NCBI GenBank assembly: GCA_965602015.1
Contig: OZ271918.1
Span: forward strand, 1,408,001 to 1,472,000
Direction of reading: 5' to 3'
From: Salinispira sp.
GTDB lineage: Bacteria; Spirochaetota; Spirochaetia; DSM-27196; Salinispiraceae
DNA: 64,000 bases
Below the pieces are notes generated by a model, which was not told where the DNA came from, ran no database searches, and worked only from the letters and a program-made list of their open reading frames with translations. Every line of letters starts with the position of its first letter. The first letter of the stretch is position 1. Shown here one piece after another: positions 19,235 to 29,444 of the stretch. The translations under genes and the position numbers were made by a program.

Positions 19235-19903
19235 TTAGTCCTGGATTACGCCATCGACGGTTAAGGCGATGAGCCGGTTTTGGGCAAAATCAGACCAGCC
19301 GCTGGCAGAGTGTTCGGCTATCAGACTGCGGTATTGGTCCGCAGCGTTTTCGTACTCGCCCTTGGTTTCGAATAACCTTCCGATGGTAAATTTTACCCGG
19401 GGTTCCTCGGAATTGTCATACTCGCTGACCAGTGTTTGAAGGCTCGAAATAGCCCCGTCAATATCCCCTGCTGCTTCAAGCATCAGTCCGGCTTTCAACA
19501 GGCTCGTGGCCCCGAGATAGCCCCGGGCTTGCGAAGCCTGGGAAAAGTTATCCGCCGCAGATTGATATTCACCGATTTCCTCATATACCAGGCCAAGTAA
19601 AAATATCTTGCGAAAATGAGCGTATCCGTTGTTGCGAAAATCAAAGTCGGCGAAAGATGCAAGCATTTCGCCAGCCTCAGGGTTTTCAGGGTCAAGAGAC
19701 TCCAGCCATTCGGCGAACGCTGTTTCGAGGTCGTAAAGCCGGGCTGCTTCCCGGTCTGACACGCTCCTGCCTACGCTTATTCCGACGACAACCGAAATTA
19801 TCGCTGCGATGATCAGGAAAGTCAGAACCGCCAAGACAACCCTGTTGTTGCGCAAAAAAAGTTCAATTTTGTCCTGCAGGCTAGCAGGTTTGTTCGATAG
19901 CAT
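19235..19903 (-). CDS. Membrane-anchored TPR protein (YfgM-like)
   Basis: Short cytoplasmic N-terminus, one TM, TPR helices (FLLGLVYE, FTIGRLFE). Confidence 0.75.
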   Translation of the reverse strand: MLSNKPASLQDKIELFLRNNRVVLAVLTFLIIAAIISVVVGISVGRSVSDREAARLYDLETAFAEWLESLDPENPEAGEMLASFADFDFRNNGYAHFRKIFLLGLVYEEIGEYQSAADNFSQASQARGYLGATSLLKAGLMLEAAGDIDGAISSLQTLVSEYDNSEEPRVKFTIGRLFETKGEYENAADQYRSLIAEHSASGWSDFAQNRLIALTVDGVIQD

Positions 19904-21423
19904 TAGTCGCTACTCCTTTCTATTCCCAGCTCTTTTACCAGACGGGAAAGGTATGTTCGTTGTATATCGAGTTTTTCAGCAGCCAAGGTCTGGTTCCAGT
20001 CGTTTTCCAACAAGGTTGACCTGATCAGATGCTTTTTAAACAAATTAAGTGAATCTTTCAAACTTTTCCCCAGGAAAAGCTCTCCGGTAAAACTGTCTCC
20101 CGCAAGATGAAGATTCTCCGGGCGGATTACCCGCTCACTGCATAATACCACCGAGCGCTCAATGGCGTTTCGCAATTCCCGGATATTGCCCGGCCAGGCA
20201 TAGCTAAGAAGCTGTTCGAAGGCTTCGTTGCTGAAACCGTCAATCTCCTTATTTACTTCAGCCTGAATGGTTTCGAGAAAATACTCGGCCAGAATAGGAA
20301 TATCGTCCTTCCGCCGCCTCAGAGGGGGAATGTATAGCGGGATGACATTTAAGCGGTAGTAGAGATCTTCACGAAAACTGCCTTCCTGCACCGCCTTTTC
20401 CAGCTCAACATTCGTAGCCGCCACAATGCGGACGTCGGCGGTCTTAATCTGGTTGGAACCTAATGCCTCATATTTGCCGCTTTCGAGAACTCTGAGCAGT
20501 TTCGCCTGAACAGCCGGAGAAATTTCTGCTATTTCATCGAGAAAGAGCGTTCCTCCCCTGGCGGCTTCAATTTTTCCCGGTCGATCGGCTATTGCGTCGG
20601 TAAATGCGCCTCGGATATGTCCGAAAAGTTCGCTCTCCAACAATTGATCGGGAATAGACGGGCAGTTGATTCTTACCAAGGGCCCGCTGCGTCTCGGGGA
20701 TTGAAGGTGTATTTGCTCCGCTGCCAATTCCTTGCCGACACCGCTTTCACCGTGAATGAGTACCGATGCCTCGCTTACAGCGATTTTTGCGATCATGTCC
20801 ATAACCTGTTGCATGGCCTTTGATCTGAAAATCATGGTTTTATACGCATCGCCTCGATTGCGGTTTTGCCCCTCGAGTTCCTTGATGCGCATTCTGTCCC
20901 GGGAGCGAGCCTGGGAGTTGATTATCGCCAAGGCGGCTTGATTCGCAAAAATTTCCAGCCATTGACGGTCTTCTTCTGAAAAATGCTTTCCCTCGACGTT
21001 GTTAATAATTTCTATGACGCCGATGCAGTGATTCCATACCCTCATGGGTACCGCGAGAATGCTTTTTGTTTTGTATCCGATCTGCTTTGAAATGTTGGGA
21101 TAAAAACGGCTGTCCTCATCAACGTCATTGACAATAAGGCTTCGGTTATTTTGAGATACCCAACCGGCGATACCCTCCCCCGGTTTTAGGGTGAAATCCA
21201 TGACTTCAGAACCCTTGGGGCCAAGGGCAACCTCGAAATGAAGACTTCCATCCTGCTCATTAGACAGCAGGATGGAAGATGATTCGCCGGCGGTAAGCTT
21301 CATGGCGGATTCGAGTATCCGCTCCAATTGCTCCCGCGGATCAGAATAGTCTGCATTAATGCTCGAATTGATTTCAATCAGCTTCTGTACTTTCTGAGAG
21401 GAATCGTTTTTATCGAGCATCAC
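19903..21423 (-). CDS. GAF-domain sigma54-dependent transcriptional activator (bEBP, Fis HTH)
   Basis: N-terminal GAF; Walker A GESGVGKE; ESELFGH..GAFTDA; LFLDEI; FREDLYYRLNV; WPGNIREL; C-terminal HTH NQTLAAEKLDIQRTYL. Confidence 0.92.
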   Translation of the reverse strand: MMLDKNDSSQKVQKLIEINSSINADYSDPREQLERILESAMKLTAGESSSILLSNEQDGSLHFEVALGPKGSEVMDFTLKPGEGIAGWVSQNNRSLIVNDVDEDSRFYPNISKQIGYKTKSILAVPMRVWNHCIGVIEIINNVEGKHFSEEDRQWLEIFANQAALAIINSQARSRDRMRIKELEGQNRNRGDAYKTMIFRSKAMQQVMDMIAKIAVSEASVLIHGESGVGKELAAEQIHLQSPRRSGPLVRINCPSIPDQLLESELFGHIRGAFTDAIADRPGKIEAARGGTLFLDEIAEISPAVQAKLLRVLESGKYEALGSNQIKTADVRIVAATNVELEKAVQEGSFREDLYYRLNVIPLYIPPLRRRKDDIPILAEYFLETIQAEVNKEIDGFSNEAFEQLLSYAWPGNIRELRNAIERSVVLCSERVIRPENLHLAGDSFTGELFLGKSLKDSLNLFKKHLIRSTLLENDWNQTLAAEKLDIQRTYLSRLVKELGIERSSD

Positions 21424-21438
21424 AGTTCTCCGGGAAAC

Positions 21439-23145
21439 TTACTCGTCGTCCTGCTTCATAAAATCGGCAAGCGTTGCGGAAGCTTCTTCGGTATCATTGT
21501 TGGCAATGTACTTTTCTATTTCCTGACGTTCCTGAGCCCTGGTCATTTCACGAATGCTCAGCGACAGTTTTTGTCTTCCAGCATTGAGCTCGATAATGGC
21601 AGCGGTTACGCTCTGACCGGGCTTATATTTTGTAATCTCTTCATCGAGATTGATTTCCCGGGCATTGCCCAAGTGAACCTTAGGAATAAGCCCTTCGATT
21701 CCGCCCTCAACCCGCACGAACACGCCGAAATCCGTTACATTGGTCACTTCGCCCTCGATGATTGAGCCTTCGGAATGGGATTCTTTCAAATCTCTCCAGG
21801 GATCTTTTTCGAGCTGCTTGATTCCCAGACGGATGTTGTGATTTTCCGCACTGCTTTCGATAATAACAACATCGACACTTTCGCCTTCAGTGAGCACCGC
21901 CCCGGGGTTCTTATACTTCTTCGTCCAGGACAGGTCGTCCACATGAAGGAAGCCGTCAATACCTTCTTCCAATTCGAGGAATGCTCCGGTGGCGGTGATT
22001 TTCTTAACAACGCAATTCAGCTTGGTGCCTTCGGGATAGTTCTTTTCAATTTCATCCCAGGGATTGGGCATTACCTGCTTGACACCTAGTGAAACCTTGC
22101 GGGCGTCAAGGTCGAAGCCGAGAATCTTTGCCTCGACGGAATCGCCGATATTAATGATTTCCTTCGGATGCTTAATGCGCTTTGTCCATGATAGCTCAGA
22201 AATATGGGCCAGACCTTCGATGCCCTCTTCGAGCTCGATAAACGCGCCAAAATCCGTGAGCTTGGTTACCTTGCCCTTGATGACATCGTGAAGCTGGAAC
22301 CTCTCGGTGAAGCTGTCCCAGGGATTCTCTGTCATATCTTTTAGGCTGAGGTTGATTTTTTTATTCTCTTCGTCAAGACGGGTAACTTTAAGCTGAAGAA
22401 TTTCGCCTTTTTTAACGTGATCCTTGGGACGGGCTACGTGACCCCAACTCATGTCATTTATATGGAGAAGACCGTCGAACCCCCCGAGGTCGACAAAGGC
22501 ACCGAACGATGTAAACGACTTTACACTGCCTTCAACAACATCGCCTTCGTGGGTATTCTTGAAGAATTCGTTCCGCTTTTCGTCGACCACCTCCTCGAGC
22601 CATCGGCGGCGTGAAAGGATGATATTCACGCGATTGTCGCTGTAAAGCCGCTCGATGTAGAAATGGGTCTTCATTCCGACATATTTTTCAGGTTCTTCGA
22701 CGCGAAACAGGTCGATTTTGGAAATCGGATTAAATCCGCGGTTTCCGCCACCCAGATCGATTTCAAATCCGCCCTTAACTACCCGGGCGATCTTTCCTTC
22801 TACGGGCTGCTCGTCCTGATGGGCCGTCTTGATGGTCTTCCAAACGACCTTTTCATCGGCTTTCCGCTTCGATACAACGACTTCGCCGTTGCGTCCTTCT
22901 TTGTTTACCAGTACGACCTGGACGGTATCGCCGATTTCCGGAGTCTCATCAAACTCGGTGAGGTTGATTTTGCCCTCGGACTTGTATCCGACATCAATAA
23001 AAACCTGCTCGGTGGTAATTGCAACCACCGCACCTTCGACGAGCTGACCGACCTCCAGCTCATCCAGGGACTTTAGGTATTCCTCTTGCAGCTCCTCTTG
23101 GAGGAAATTTCCCGTTTTTGAGCTCTGCTGTTCATTTTCTGCCAT
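21439..23145 (-). CDS. rpsA: 30S ribosomal protein S1
   Basis: Six S1 repeats (DVGYKSEG, FGAFVDLGG.DGLLH, FGAFIELEEGIEGLAH, FGVFV). Confidence 0.97.
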   Translation of the reverse strand: MAENEQQSSKTGNFLQEELQEEYLKSLDELEVGQLVEGAVVAITTEQVFIDVGYKSEGKINLTEFDETPEIGDTVQVVLVNKEGRNGEVVVSKRKADEKVVWKTIKTAHQDEQPVEGKIARVVKGGFEIDLGGGNRGFNPISKIDLFRVEEPEKYVGMKTHFYIERLYSDNRVNIILSRRRWLEEVVDEKRNEFFKNTHEGDVVEGSVKSFTSFGAFVDLGGFDGLLHINDMSWGHVARPKDHVKKGEILQLKVTRLDEENKKINLSLKDMTENPWDSFTERFQLHDVIKGKVTKLTDFGAFIELEEGIEGLAHISELSWTKRIKHPKEIINIGDSVEAKILGFDLDARKVSLGVKQVMPNPWDEIEKNYPEGTKLNCVVKKITATGAFLELEEGIDGFLHVDDLSWTKKYKNPGAVLTEGESVDVVIIESSAENHNIRLGIKQLEKDPWRDLKESHSEGSIIEGEVTNVTDFGVFVRVEGGIEGLIPKVHLGNAREINLDEEITKYKPGQSVTAAIIELNAGRQKLSLSIREMTRAQERQEIEKYIANNDTEEASATLADFMKQDDE

Positions 23146-23168
23146 AACTACCTGTATACTCCTGATGG

Positions 23169-23828
23169 TTATTTGTGTTCTCGAATAGATTCCACTACAA
23201 TCTCACAAACTTGTTCAATCGTCAAGTCGGATGTGTCCAAATAGACCGCCTGCTCATGAACTTTGAGGGCACCGATTTTTTTTTCTCTGTCTATTTTATC
23301 GCGACGCGTAATACTTTTTTTGATTTCCGACAGGCTCATTTCACTGGTTCCCTGTGCATGCCGGCGGCCCGCCCGGGCTTCCACACTTGCGTCGAGGTAA
23401 AATTTCACTTCGGCATCGGGAAACACCACGGTGCTCATGTCCCGGCCTTCCACGATTATGTCTTCCCTTTTGCTGATATCGACAATTAAAGCATTTACTT
23501 TTTCCCTGATTTCCGGGATTCCGGAGACCTGGGCGACAAATGCATCGGTGATATCGCTTCGAAGCAGACCGGCATCTATGGCCTCTGTGCCGATGTAAAC
23601 CGTATCACCCATCAATGCTAGCTCGAGGGTGGCGACCTTTTCGACGATTTCACCGGGTTTGCTTTTGAGCGCTCCTTCGAGTTCTTCGCCGAAGTCCGCG
23701 TACAGGGCATAGGTGATTCCCCGATATAAGCTGCCTGAATTTACATAATGGAGTCCGGTTGTCCGAGCTACCCGTTGGGCGACGCTGCTTTTACCGGTTC
23801 CGGCCGGACCGTCTATGGTGACCGTCAT
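23169..23828 (-). CDS. cmk: Cytidylate kinase
   Basis: TIDGPAGTGKSS, VEGRDM.TVVFPDA..KFYL.AS, RRD..D. Upstream of rpsA. Confidence 0.95.
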   Translation of the reverse strand: MTVTIDGPAGTGKSSVAQRVARTTGLHYVNSGSLYRGITYALYADFGEELEGALKSKPGEIVEKVATLELALMGDTVYIGTEAIDAGLLRSDITDAFVAQVSGIPEIREKVNALIVDISKREDIIVEGRDMSTVVFPDAEVKFYLDASVEARAGRRHAQGTSEMSLSEIKKSITRRDKIDREKKIGALKVHEQAVYLDTSDLTIEQVCEIVVESIREHK

Positions 23829-24613
23829 GATCGCCCTCCCCTGTTCTGCTTCTTTCCTCCGCCCGGTCTTCGGCGCTTAGCCGGAAATTTTGACGACCGA
23901 TCCCGTGCCTGTTCGAGCATTTCATGAATTTCATCCTTGGAGAGTTCGCGAAATTTGCCGGGCTTTAGATTCCCGAGGGATACCGGTCCGTACTGGATGC
24001 GATGCAGATGCTTTATCTCAATTCGGTAGCGGGCGAACACGTTTCGGATTTCGCGATTTTTTCCCTCAACCAGCGATAGAATGACGCTGCGACGGGATTC
24101 AAAACGGAATGCCTTGAGCCGGTAAAGCTCTCCCTTTATTCGGACTCCCGACTGCCAATCTTCGAGCATATTCCGGGGGATATCTTCCTTGGACTCCACC
24201 AGATACTGCTTAACTATTCCGGAGCCCGGATGGGAGAGGATGTTCGTAAAATCACCGTCGTTTGTCAGTATGATAAGGCCGCTGGTCATATAATCCAGTC
24301 TGCCGACGGTAAACAGCCGCACGGGAAACGAATCGCCGACAATATCGTAGACCGAGACCCTTTCTTCAGGATCATCAGCGCTGCAAATAACCTTGGTCGG
24401 TTTATTGAGCATGAGGTAAACCATCTCTTCTTCCAAACCAATTTGCTTGCCGTCGAGCCTGACATTGTCCTGTGTTTCAACCCGCGCGCCCGGTTCAAGC
24501 ACAGTCTTTCCGTTAACCGTCACCCTGCCCTGCTTGATAATTTCCGCGGCCGAACGTCTGCTTGCCGCGCCGCTGCGCGACAGAAAAACCTGAAGTCGCA
24601 ATTCTTCACCCAT
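23825..24613 (-). CDS. rluB: 23S rRNA pseudouridine synthase (RluB/RsuA family)
   Basis: S4 domain (SRR.A..II..GRV.VNG), LNKP, VGRLDYMTSGL, EGKNREIR. Follows scpAB. Confidence 0.88.
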   Translation of the reverse strand: MGEELRLQVFLSRSGAASRRSAAEIIKQGRVTVNGKTVLEPGARVETQDNVRLDGKQIGLEEEMVYLMLNKPTKVICSADDPEERVSVYDIVGDSFPVRLFTVGRLDYMTSGLIILTNDGDFTNILSHPGSGIVKQYLVESKEDIPRNMLEDWQSGVRIKGELYRLKAFRFESRRSVILSLVEGKNREIRNVFARYRIEIKHLHRIQYGPVSLGNLKPGKFRELSKDEIHEMLEQARDRSSKFPAKRRRPGGGKKQNRGGRS

Positions 24614-25161
24614 CAGAGTTCGTCCTTTCGCAGTTCGAACCGCGCTTGTTCTACTTCATCCAGCCTGGGCAAATCGGCGATGCTGGACAGTCCAAAGGTC
24701 TTGAGGAAATTTCTGGTTGTTCCGTATTGAGTCGGTCTGCCCGGAGCGTCCTTTTTCCCGACCTCCGAAACAAGCTCCCGTTCAGTCAAGGTTCGTATCA
24801 TTGAGTCGGAAGAAACTCCACGAATGGATTCGATCTCGCCCCGGGTGATCGGCTGACTGTACGCGATGATGCTCAGGGTTTCCATTGCAGCCTTCGATAA
24901 TCGCTTGCTGTTATGCTTGCCGTAGCGGTCTTTCAAGTGATTCCATAGGGTCTGTTTGGGGGTAAGCTGATACGAATCACCAAGCCTCATGAGTTCCAGG
25001 CCACGGGTTTCTTCCAGATACAGCTCTTCAAGCTGGGAAAGCACCTGTTCGACGGCCGCCCGGGAAAGTCCGGAGATCTTCGCCAGACTGTTCACGTGCA
25101 TCGGTTCAGGTTCTAAAAATAATATCGCTTCAATAAGCGCTGTTTCAGTTTTCAAAAGCAT
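24613..25161 (-). CDS. scpB: SMC-Scp complex subunit ScpB
   Basis: IEAILF, LSKAAMETLSIIAYSQPITRGEIE.IRGV, PGRP..YGTT..FL..FGL. GGGAGG RBS before the ATG at 25161. Confidence 0.95.
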   Translation of the reverse strand: MLLKTETALIEAILFLEPEPMHVNSLAKISGLSRAAVEQVLSQLEELYLEETRGLELMRLGDSYQLTPKQTLWNHLKDRYGKHNSKRLSKAAMETLSIIAYSQPITRGEIESIRGVSSDSMIRTLTERELVSEVGKKDAPGRPTQYGTTRNFLKTFGLSSIADLPRLDEVEQARFELRKDEL

Positions 25162-25975
25162 CCTCCCGGCCCTCCTCCGGTTTGCCAACGGTCAGATCAT
25201 CCGCCCCGTCCTGGCTCTCTGCATTGACGTTGTTCGGATCAATAGTGTCCCCGCCGGAGGGGTGACGGCGAATCATGATATCTCCGAACATGGCATTCTG
25301 GAATACCTTGATCACTTTGAACTTGACAGATTCCAGTATCGCCAGAAATGCACAAATAATGTCCATGATGGAATCCGGACGGATAATAATATCGGTGAAG
25401 GGAAACTCTTCCCTATCCTGAAGCAGTTCGCGGATAAGGGTGAGTTTTTCATTTACGCTGACCTCTTCATACAAATCGATGATCCGCTCCGGCGTTAAGC
25501 CCTTCATAAGCTTCGAGAAGGTCGTCAGCAGATCCCAGACCTCCATTTCCTGCCACATGGGTTCGGCGTTGTCAAAGGGGAGGTTGCGCTGAGCCTTTTC
25601 GCGTTCGATTATCCACTGGTTTTCCGATTCTTTCTGACTCATCAACTCGCTGAGTTTTTTATACTTTTGATACTCAATGAGCCTATCGACAAGTTCCTGA
25701 CGAGGATCCTCGAGCTCATCTTCAAGATCGATTTCTACCGGAAGCAACATGCGGGACTTGATGTACAGCAACGTCGATGCCATCAGGTAAAACTCCGATA
25801 TGTCCTCAAGGTCCCTATTCGCGCTGCTGCGCATAAACTCGAGAAATTGAGCGGTTATATGGGCTATGGGAATATCATAGATATTCACTTCGTTTTTCTT
25901 GATGAGAAATAAAAGAAGGTCGAGGGGGCCTTCAAAATCATTGAGCTGATAATCCTTTTTTTGATCGGATGGCAA
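25145..25975 (-). CDS. scpA: Segregation and condensation protein ScpA (kleisin)
   Basis: FEGPLDLLLFLI...IYDIPI, KSRMLLP, DPR.ELV.RL.EY, FLAILE. Confidence 0.95.
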   Translation of the reverse strand: MPSDQKKDYQLNDFEGPLDLLLFLIKKNEVNIYDIPIAHITAQFLEFMRSSANRDLEDISEFYLMASTLLYIKSRMLLPVEIDLEDELEDPRQELVDRLIEYQKYKKLSELMSQKESENQWIIEREKAQRNLPFDNAEPMWQEMEVWDLLTTFSKLMKGLTPERIIDLYEEVSVNEKLTLIRELLQDREEFPFTDIIIRPDSIMDIICAFLAILESVKFKVIKVFQNAMFGDIMIRRHPSGGDTIDPNNVNAESQDGADDLTVGKPEEGREDAFEN

Positions 25976-25977
25976 AT

Positions 25978-26514
25978 TCAGTCCCTCAAGGCGGAAGTGA
26001 CGCTATTATAGTTATCACTTTCATAGAGGTAAATACCCTGGGTTGAATCGTCTTTGAGCAGTTTTTCGTATTCGATCAGTGGCGTTTGGTCAACGGGATT
26101 ACGGAGTTCCGGGTCTATATCGAGAAGCGGAACCAGGACGAAGCGCCGCTTTTGAAACTCTGGATGGGGTAGCGTGAGCTTCGGGGTTTGGAAGATTGTG
26201 CTCCCGTAAAAAATGATGTCGAGATCGAGGCTGCGTGGTCCCTTGGGGGATTCATGCAATCGCCGGCGGCCATGATCCGCCTCTATCTTATGGAGAAGAT
26301 CCAACAGCTGTTCCGGACGGGAAAACGGGGTGGAGTCTATGCTGATAGCTGCATTATAAAAGTTGGGCTGACGGCGTACTATTTGAGGCGTGGTACGGTA
26401 CAGACGGCTTATTCCGGTGATTCTGCAGCGAGCGTTAATATCCCGCATTGCGCTGAGTAGGATGTCCAGGCTGTTTCCCGTATTACTTCCAAGACTAATG
26501 TACGCCGTGTTCAT
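25978..26514 (-). CDS. folK: 2-amino-4-hydroxy-6-hydroxymethyldihydropteridine pyrophosphokinase
   Basis: AYISLGSN.G, F.NAA, IE...GR, GPRSLDLDI, LPHP...RRFVL.PL. Confidence 0.93.
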   Translation of the reverse strand: MNTAYISLGSNTGNSLDILLSAMRDINARCRITGISRLYRTTPQIVRRQPNFYNAAISIDSTPFSRPEQLLDLLHKIEADHGRRRLHESPKGPRSLDLDIIFYGSTIFQTPKLTLPHPEFQKRRFVLVPLLDIDPELRNPVDQTPLIEYEKLLKDDSTQGIYLYESDNYNSVTSALRD

Positions 26515-26546
26515 GAACTAAATTAGGAAAAATAAGAGCTTTCGCT

Positions 26547-27716
26547 TTAAAATAGCCCGTCTGTATCAGACTCTTTTTCCGGGGCCTTGACCTTTTTGCC
26601 TTTTGCCTCATCTTCCTCTGTGTTCTTGCTTTCCGGCGATTTCTTTTTATCAGCGTCCTCGTCGCCGATGAGAATTTCATTGGGGAACATTTGGGCTCTG
26701 AGCTTTGTGTCTATTTCCTTGTACAGCTCGGGATTGGCCTCGAGATATTCCTTGGCATTGTCTTTTCCCTGACCGATGCGCTCATCTCCGTAGGAGTACC
26801 AGCTGCCGCTTTTATTTATGTATCCGTATTTTACCGCCGCATCCAGGAGCGAACCGGTCGCCGAAACTCCCTTCCCAAAAATAATGTCCATCTCGACGCG
26901 CTTAAATGGGGGGGCGACCTTGTTTTTTACGACTTTCACTCGGACAGTATTTCCGACGGCATTATCGGTCCCCTTTGATATGGTTTCGACTTTTCTCACT
27001 TCCAGGCGCACCGAAGCGTAAAACTTAAGGGCGTTACCACCAGTCGTGGTTTCGGGATTTCCGAACATAACGCCGATTTTCATGCGGATCTGGTTGATAA
27101 AAAAGAGACATGATCCGGATTTCGAAATAGTACCGGTGAGTTTTCTCAAGGCCTGGCTCATAAGCCTGGCCTGTAAACCCACATGGCTGTCGCCCATATC
27201 TCCGTTGATTTCCGCCTGGGGGGTTAAGGCAGCTACCGAGTCAACGACGATGATGTCCATACTTCCGGAGCGCACCAGAGTTTCGGCTATTTCCAGGGCC
27301 TGCTCACCGTTGTCCGGCTGGCTGACCCATAGCTCATCGATGTTTACCCCGAGGTTTTTCGCATAGACCGGATCCAATGCATGCTCTGCATCGATAAAGG
27401 CAGCAATGCCGCCCCTTCGCTGGGCTTCGGCAATTGCGTGCAAAGCCAGGGTGGTCTTACCCGAAGATTCCGGACCGTAGATCTCAATAATTCTTCCTTT
27501 TGGATAGCCCCCCAAACCGAGGGCTTCGTCCAGAATTATGGATCCGCTGGGTATGCACTCTATTTCCATATTTCGGACCCCGCTGCCCAGTTTCATCAGC
27601 GAGCCCTTGCCATACTGCTGTTCTATTTGCAACCGGGCGGCTTCAAGGGCTTTTTGCTTATCTGCTTCCGACGCGGGGCTTGCGGTTTCTTTATTGACGG
27701 TGCTGCGTTTTGCCAT
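26547..27716 (-). CDS. recA: Recombinase RecA
   Basis: [56 protein letters not shown] supports a start at 27716 (MAKRS). Confidence 0.98.
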   Translation of the reverse strand: MAKRSTVNKETASPASEADKQKALEAARLQIEQQYGKGSLMKLGSGVRNMEIECIPSGSIILDEALGLGGYPKGRIIEIYGPESSGKTTLALHAIAEAQRRGGIAAFIDAEHALDPVYAKNLGVNIDELWVSQPDNGEQALEIAETLVRSGSMDIIVVDSVAALTPQAEINGDMGDSHVGLQARLMSQALRKLTGTISKSGSCLFFINQIRMKIGVMFGNPETTTGGNALKFYASVRLEVRKVETISKGTDNAVGNTVRVKVVKNKVAPPFKRVEMDIIFGKGVSATGSLLDAAVKYGYINKSGSWYSYGDERIGQGKDNAKEYLEANPELYKEIDTKLRAQMFPNEILIGDEDADKKKSPESKNTEEDEAKGKKVKAPEKESDTDGLF

Positions 27717-27768
27717 TGTTCCTCCGGTAGTACTACGTTGCGAATAATGATTTTGCTTTAGTTGGTAG

Positions 27769-27797
27769 AGTATAATTTTACGCAAAGGACAGGTCAA
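27769..27797 (-). promoter_or_regulatory. Sigma70 promoter of recA
   Basis: Minus strand TTGACC, 17 bp, TATACT. Confidence 0.65.
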
Positions 27798-27835
27798 GCT
27801 GGGTTTTCCGCTGGAAGATAATCCTAAAGCCGAAT

Positions 27836-28963
27836 ATGATAAGGACTATGAGATACAGCAACGGCCTGATCTTAGCATCTACCCGATCCATGGAGGATTA
27901 CCGCGACAGGGTAGCGTATCATTTGCGTACCTTTCCGGAGTACTATGCGAACCATCGGCATGAGGAAGACTACTCAAATATTTCCAGGAACCTCATCGTT
28001 CAAACCTTCGCAGACGGCGAAATGGAAGTCGAAGCGCCGTTCTCGGTCCGCAACCGGGATGTATTTCTCATCGGCGGGTCGGGACGGAACGCTGCGGGTA
28101 TAAGTCAGGACGAGTGTAAAATCGAGTTGTATCATGCCATCGACTGCATCAAGCGTGGTTCTCCCAAACGCCTTACGCTCATAGAACCCTATTTATCGCC
28201 CTCCAGATCAGACCGCACAACTCGCCGCAATTCCGTCGGTTTTTGGATTCATACCAAAATTCTCTCAAGCCTCGGCGCTGACAGTCTGCTCACATATCAG
28301 ATGCATTCGGATAAGTCGAAGACCGCAATTGACCCCCTCATTTGTCAGATGGAGGATTTGCCGGCAATACCGATGATGATGGAGTATATAACCAGGGAAA
28401 TCATTTGTACCGGAGAAAGCTGGGAATCCGTCAAACGCGAGTGGGTATTCTGCTCAGTTGACGCCGGGGGAGAGAGTATGGCGAGACGGTACTCCAGGGC
28501 TTTTGGGGTCCCGCTGATAATTGCTCATAAGCAACGGGACTACCGCTCGGCAAATACCGTGAAGCAAATCAATATCCTGTCCGACACCAATCTTGCGGGT
28601 AAAACGGTTTGGATAGTAGATGATATGATAGACACCGGGGGATCGGTGGTTGCCCTGGTTAATGAGCTGAACCGGCGGGATGTGGGCAGGGTAAATATGG
28701 CGGCCATACATCCGGTGCTTTCAGGACCGGCGGTACAACGGCTGCGGGAGCTTCATGACCGGGGATTGCTATCTGAGCTGCTTTTTCTGGATACGGTGAG
28801 TCTCACCGATGAAATTCTCAGTGAGCTGCCATTTATCCATGTGGTGACATCGAGCAAGCAAACCGCTGAAATCATTATGAGCGTTCACGAAAATCTCTCG
28901 CTCTCGCCGTTTTTTGCCGATTTTTCCGTCGAAGAGTACTTAAAAAATCCCCCCATCGACTAG
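27836..28963 (+). CDS. prs: Ribose-phosphate pyrophosphokinase family protein (divergent)
   Basis: FADGE..V..SVR..DVF, R.DR, DAGG..AR, K.R, PRPP-binding [10 protein letters not shown]. Confidence 0.8.
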   Translation: MIRTMRYSNGLILASTRSMEDYRDRVAYHLRTFPEYYANHRHEEDYSNISRNLIVQTFADGEMEVEAPFSVRNRDVFLIGGSGRNAAGISQDECKIELYHAIDCIKRGSPKRLTLIEPYLSPSRSDRTTRRNSVGFWIHTKILSSLGADSLLTYQMHSDKSKTAIDPLICQMEDLPAIPMMMEYITREIICTGESWESVKREWVFCSVDAGGESMARRYSRAFGVPLIIAHKQRDYRSANTVKQINILSDTNLAGKTVWIVDDMIDTGGSVVALVNELNRRDVGRVNMAAIHPVLSGPAVQRLRELHDRGLLSELLFLDTVSLTDEILSELPFIHVVTSSKQTAEIIMSVHENLSLSPFFADFSVEEYLKNPPID

Positions 28964-28994
28964 GGAGTGGCCGCTGCCTCCGTCCGCCAACGCT

Positions 28995-29444
28995 TTAGAA
29001 TTCTTTACGCGAATCGATGAGCAGGGTGACCGGACCGTCATTTATCAATGTGACCTTCATCATTTCCTGAAACTCTCCAAATGAGACCCGGGGATACCGG
29101 TTACTGAACTCCCTCGCAAGGTCCTGGAAAATAACCCGGGCTTCGTCCGGGCTGGCCGCGCGATTGTAACTGGGCCTGCGGCCCTTGCGGGTGTCACCGT
29201 AGAGTGTAAACTGGCTCACTACCAACGCGGAAAAACCAGATTCCACGAGGCTATGATTCATGACGCCATCGTCATCGGGGAAAATCCTGAGATTAAGCGT
29301 CTTTGAAACGATGTACTCTATGTCACGCGTGCTGTCATCGGCTGCAATGCCCACCAGTATTAAGGAGCCCTTTCCGATCTCCGACACCTTCCGGGAATCA
29401 ATACTTACCGAAGCGGCGTAAACCCGCTGAACCACAGCGCGCAT
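28995..29444 (-). CDS. dtd: D-aminoacyl-tRNA deacylase
   Basis: MRAVVQRV, LRIF.D, SQFTL, KGRRPS, NDGPVT. Confidence 0.97.
   Translation of the reverse strand: MRAVVQRVYAASVSIDSRKVSEIGKGSLILVGIAADDSTRDIEYIVSKTLNLRIFPDDDGVMNHSLVESGFSALVVSQFTLYGDTRKGRRPSYNRAASPDEARVIFQDLAREFSNRYPRVSFGEFQEMMKVTLINDGPVTLLIDSRKEF

Noticed and set aside
27727..27736. Palindrome GTAGTACTAC just upstream of the recA RBS
   Set aside because: A single 10-bp palindrome is expected many times by chance in 64 kb, and I saw no second copy near mutS or other repair genes.
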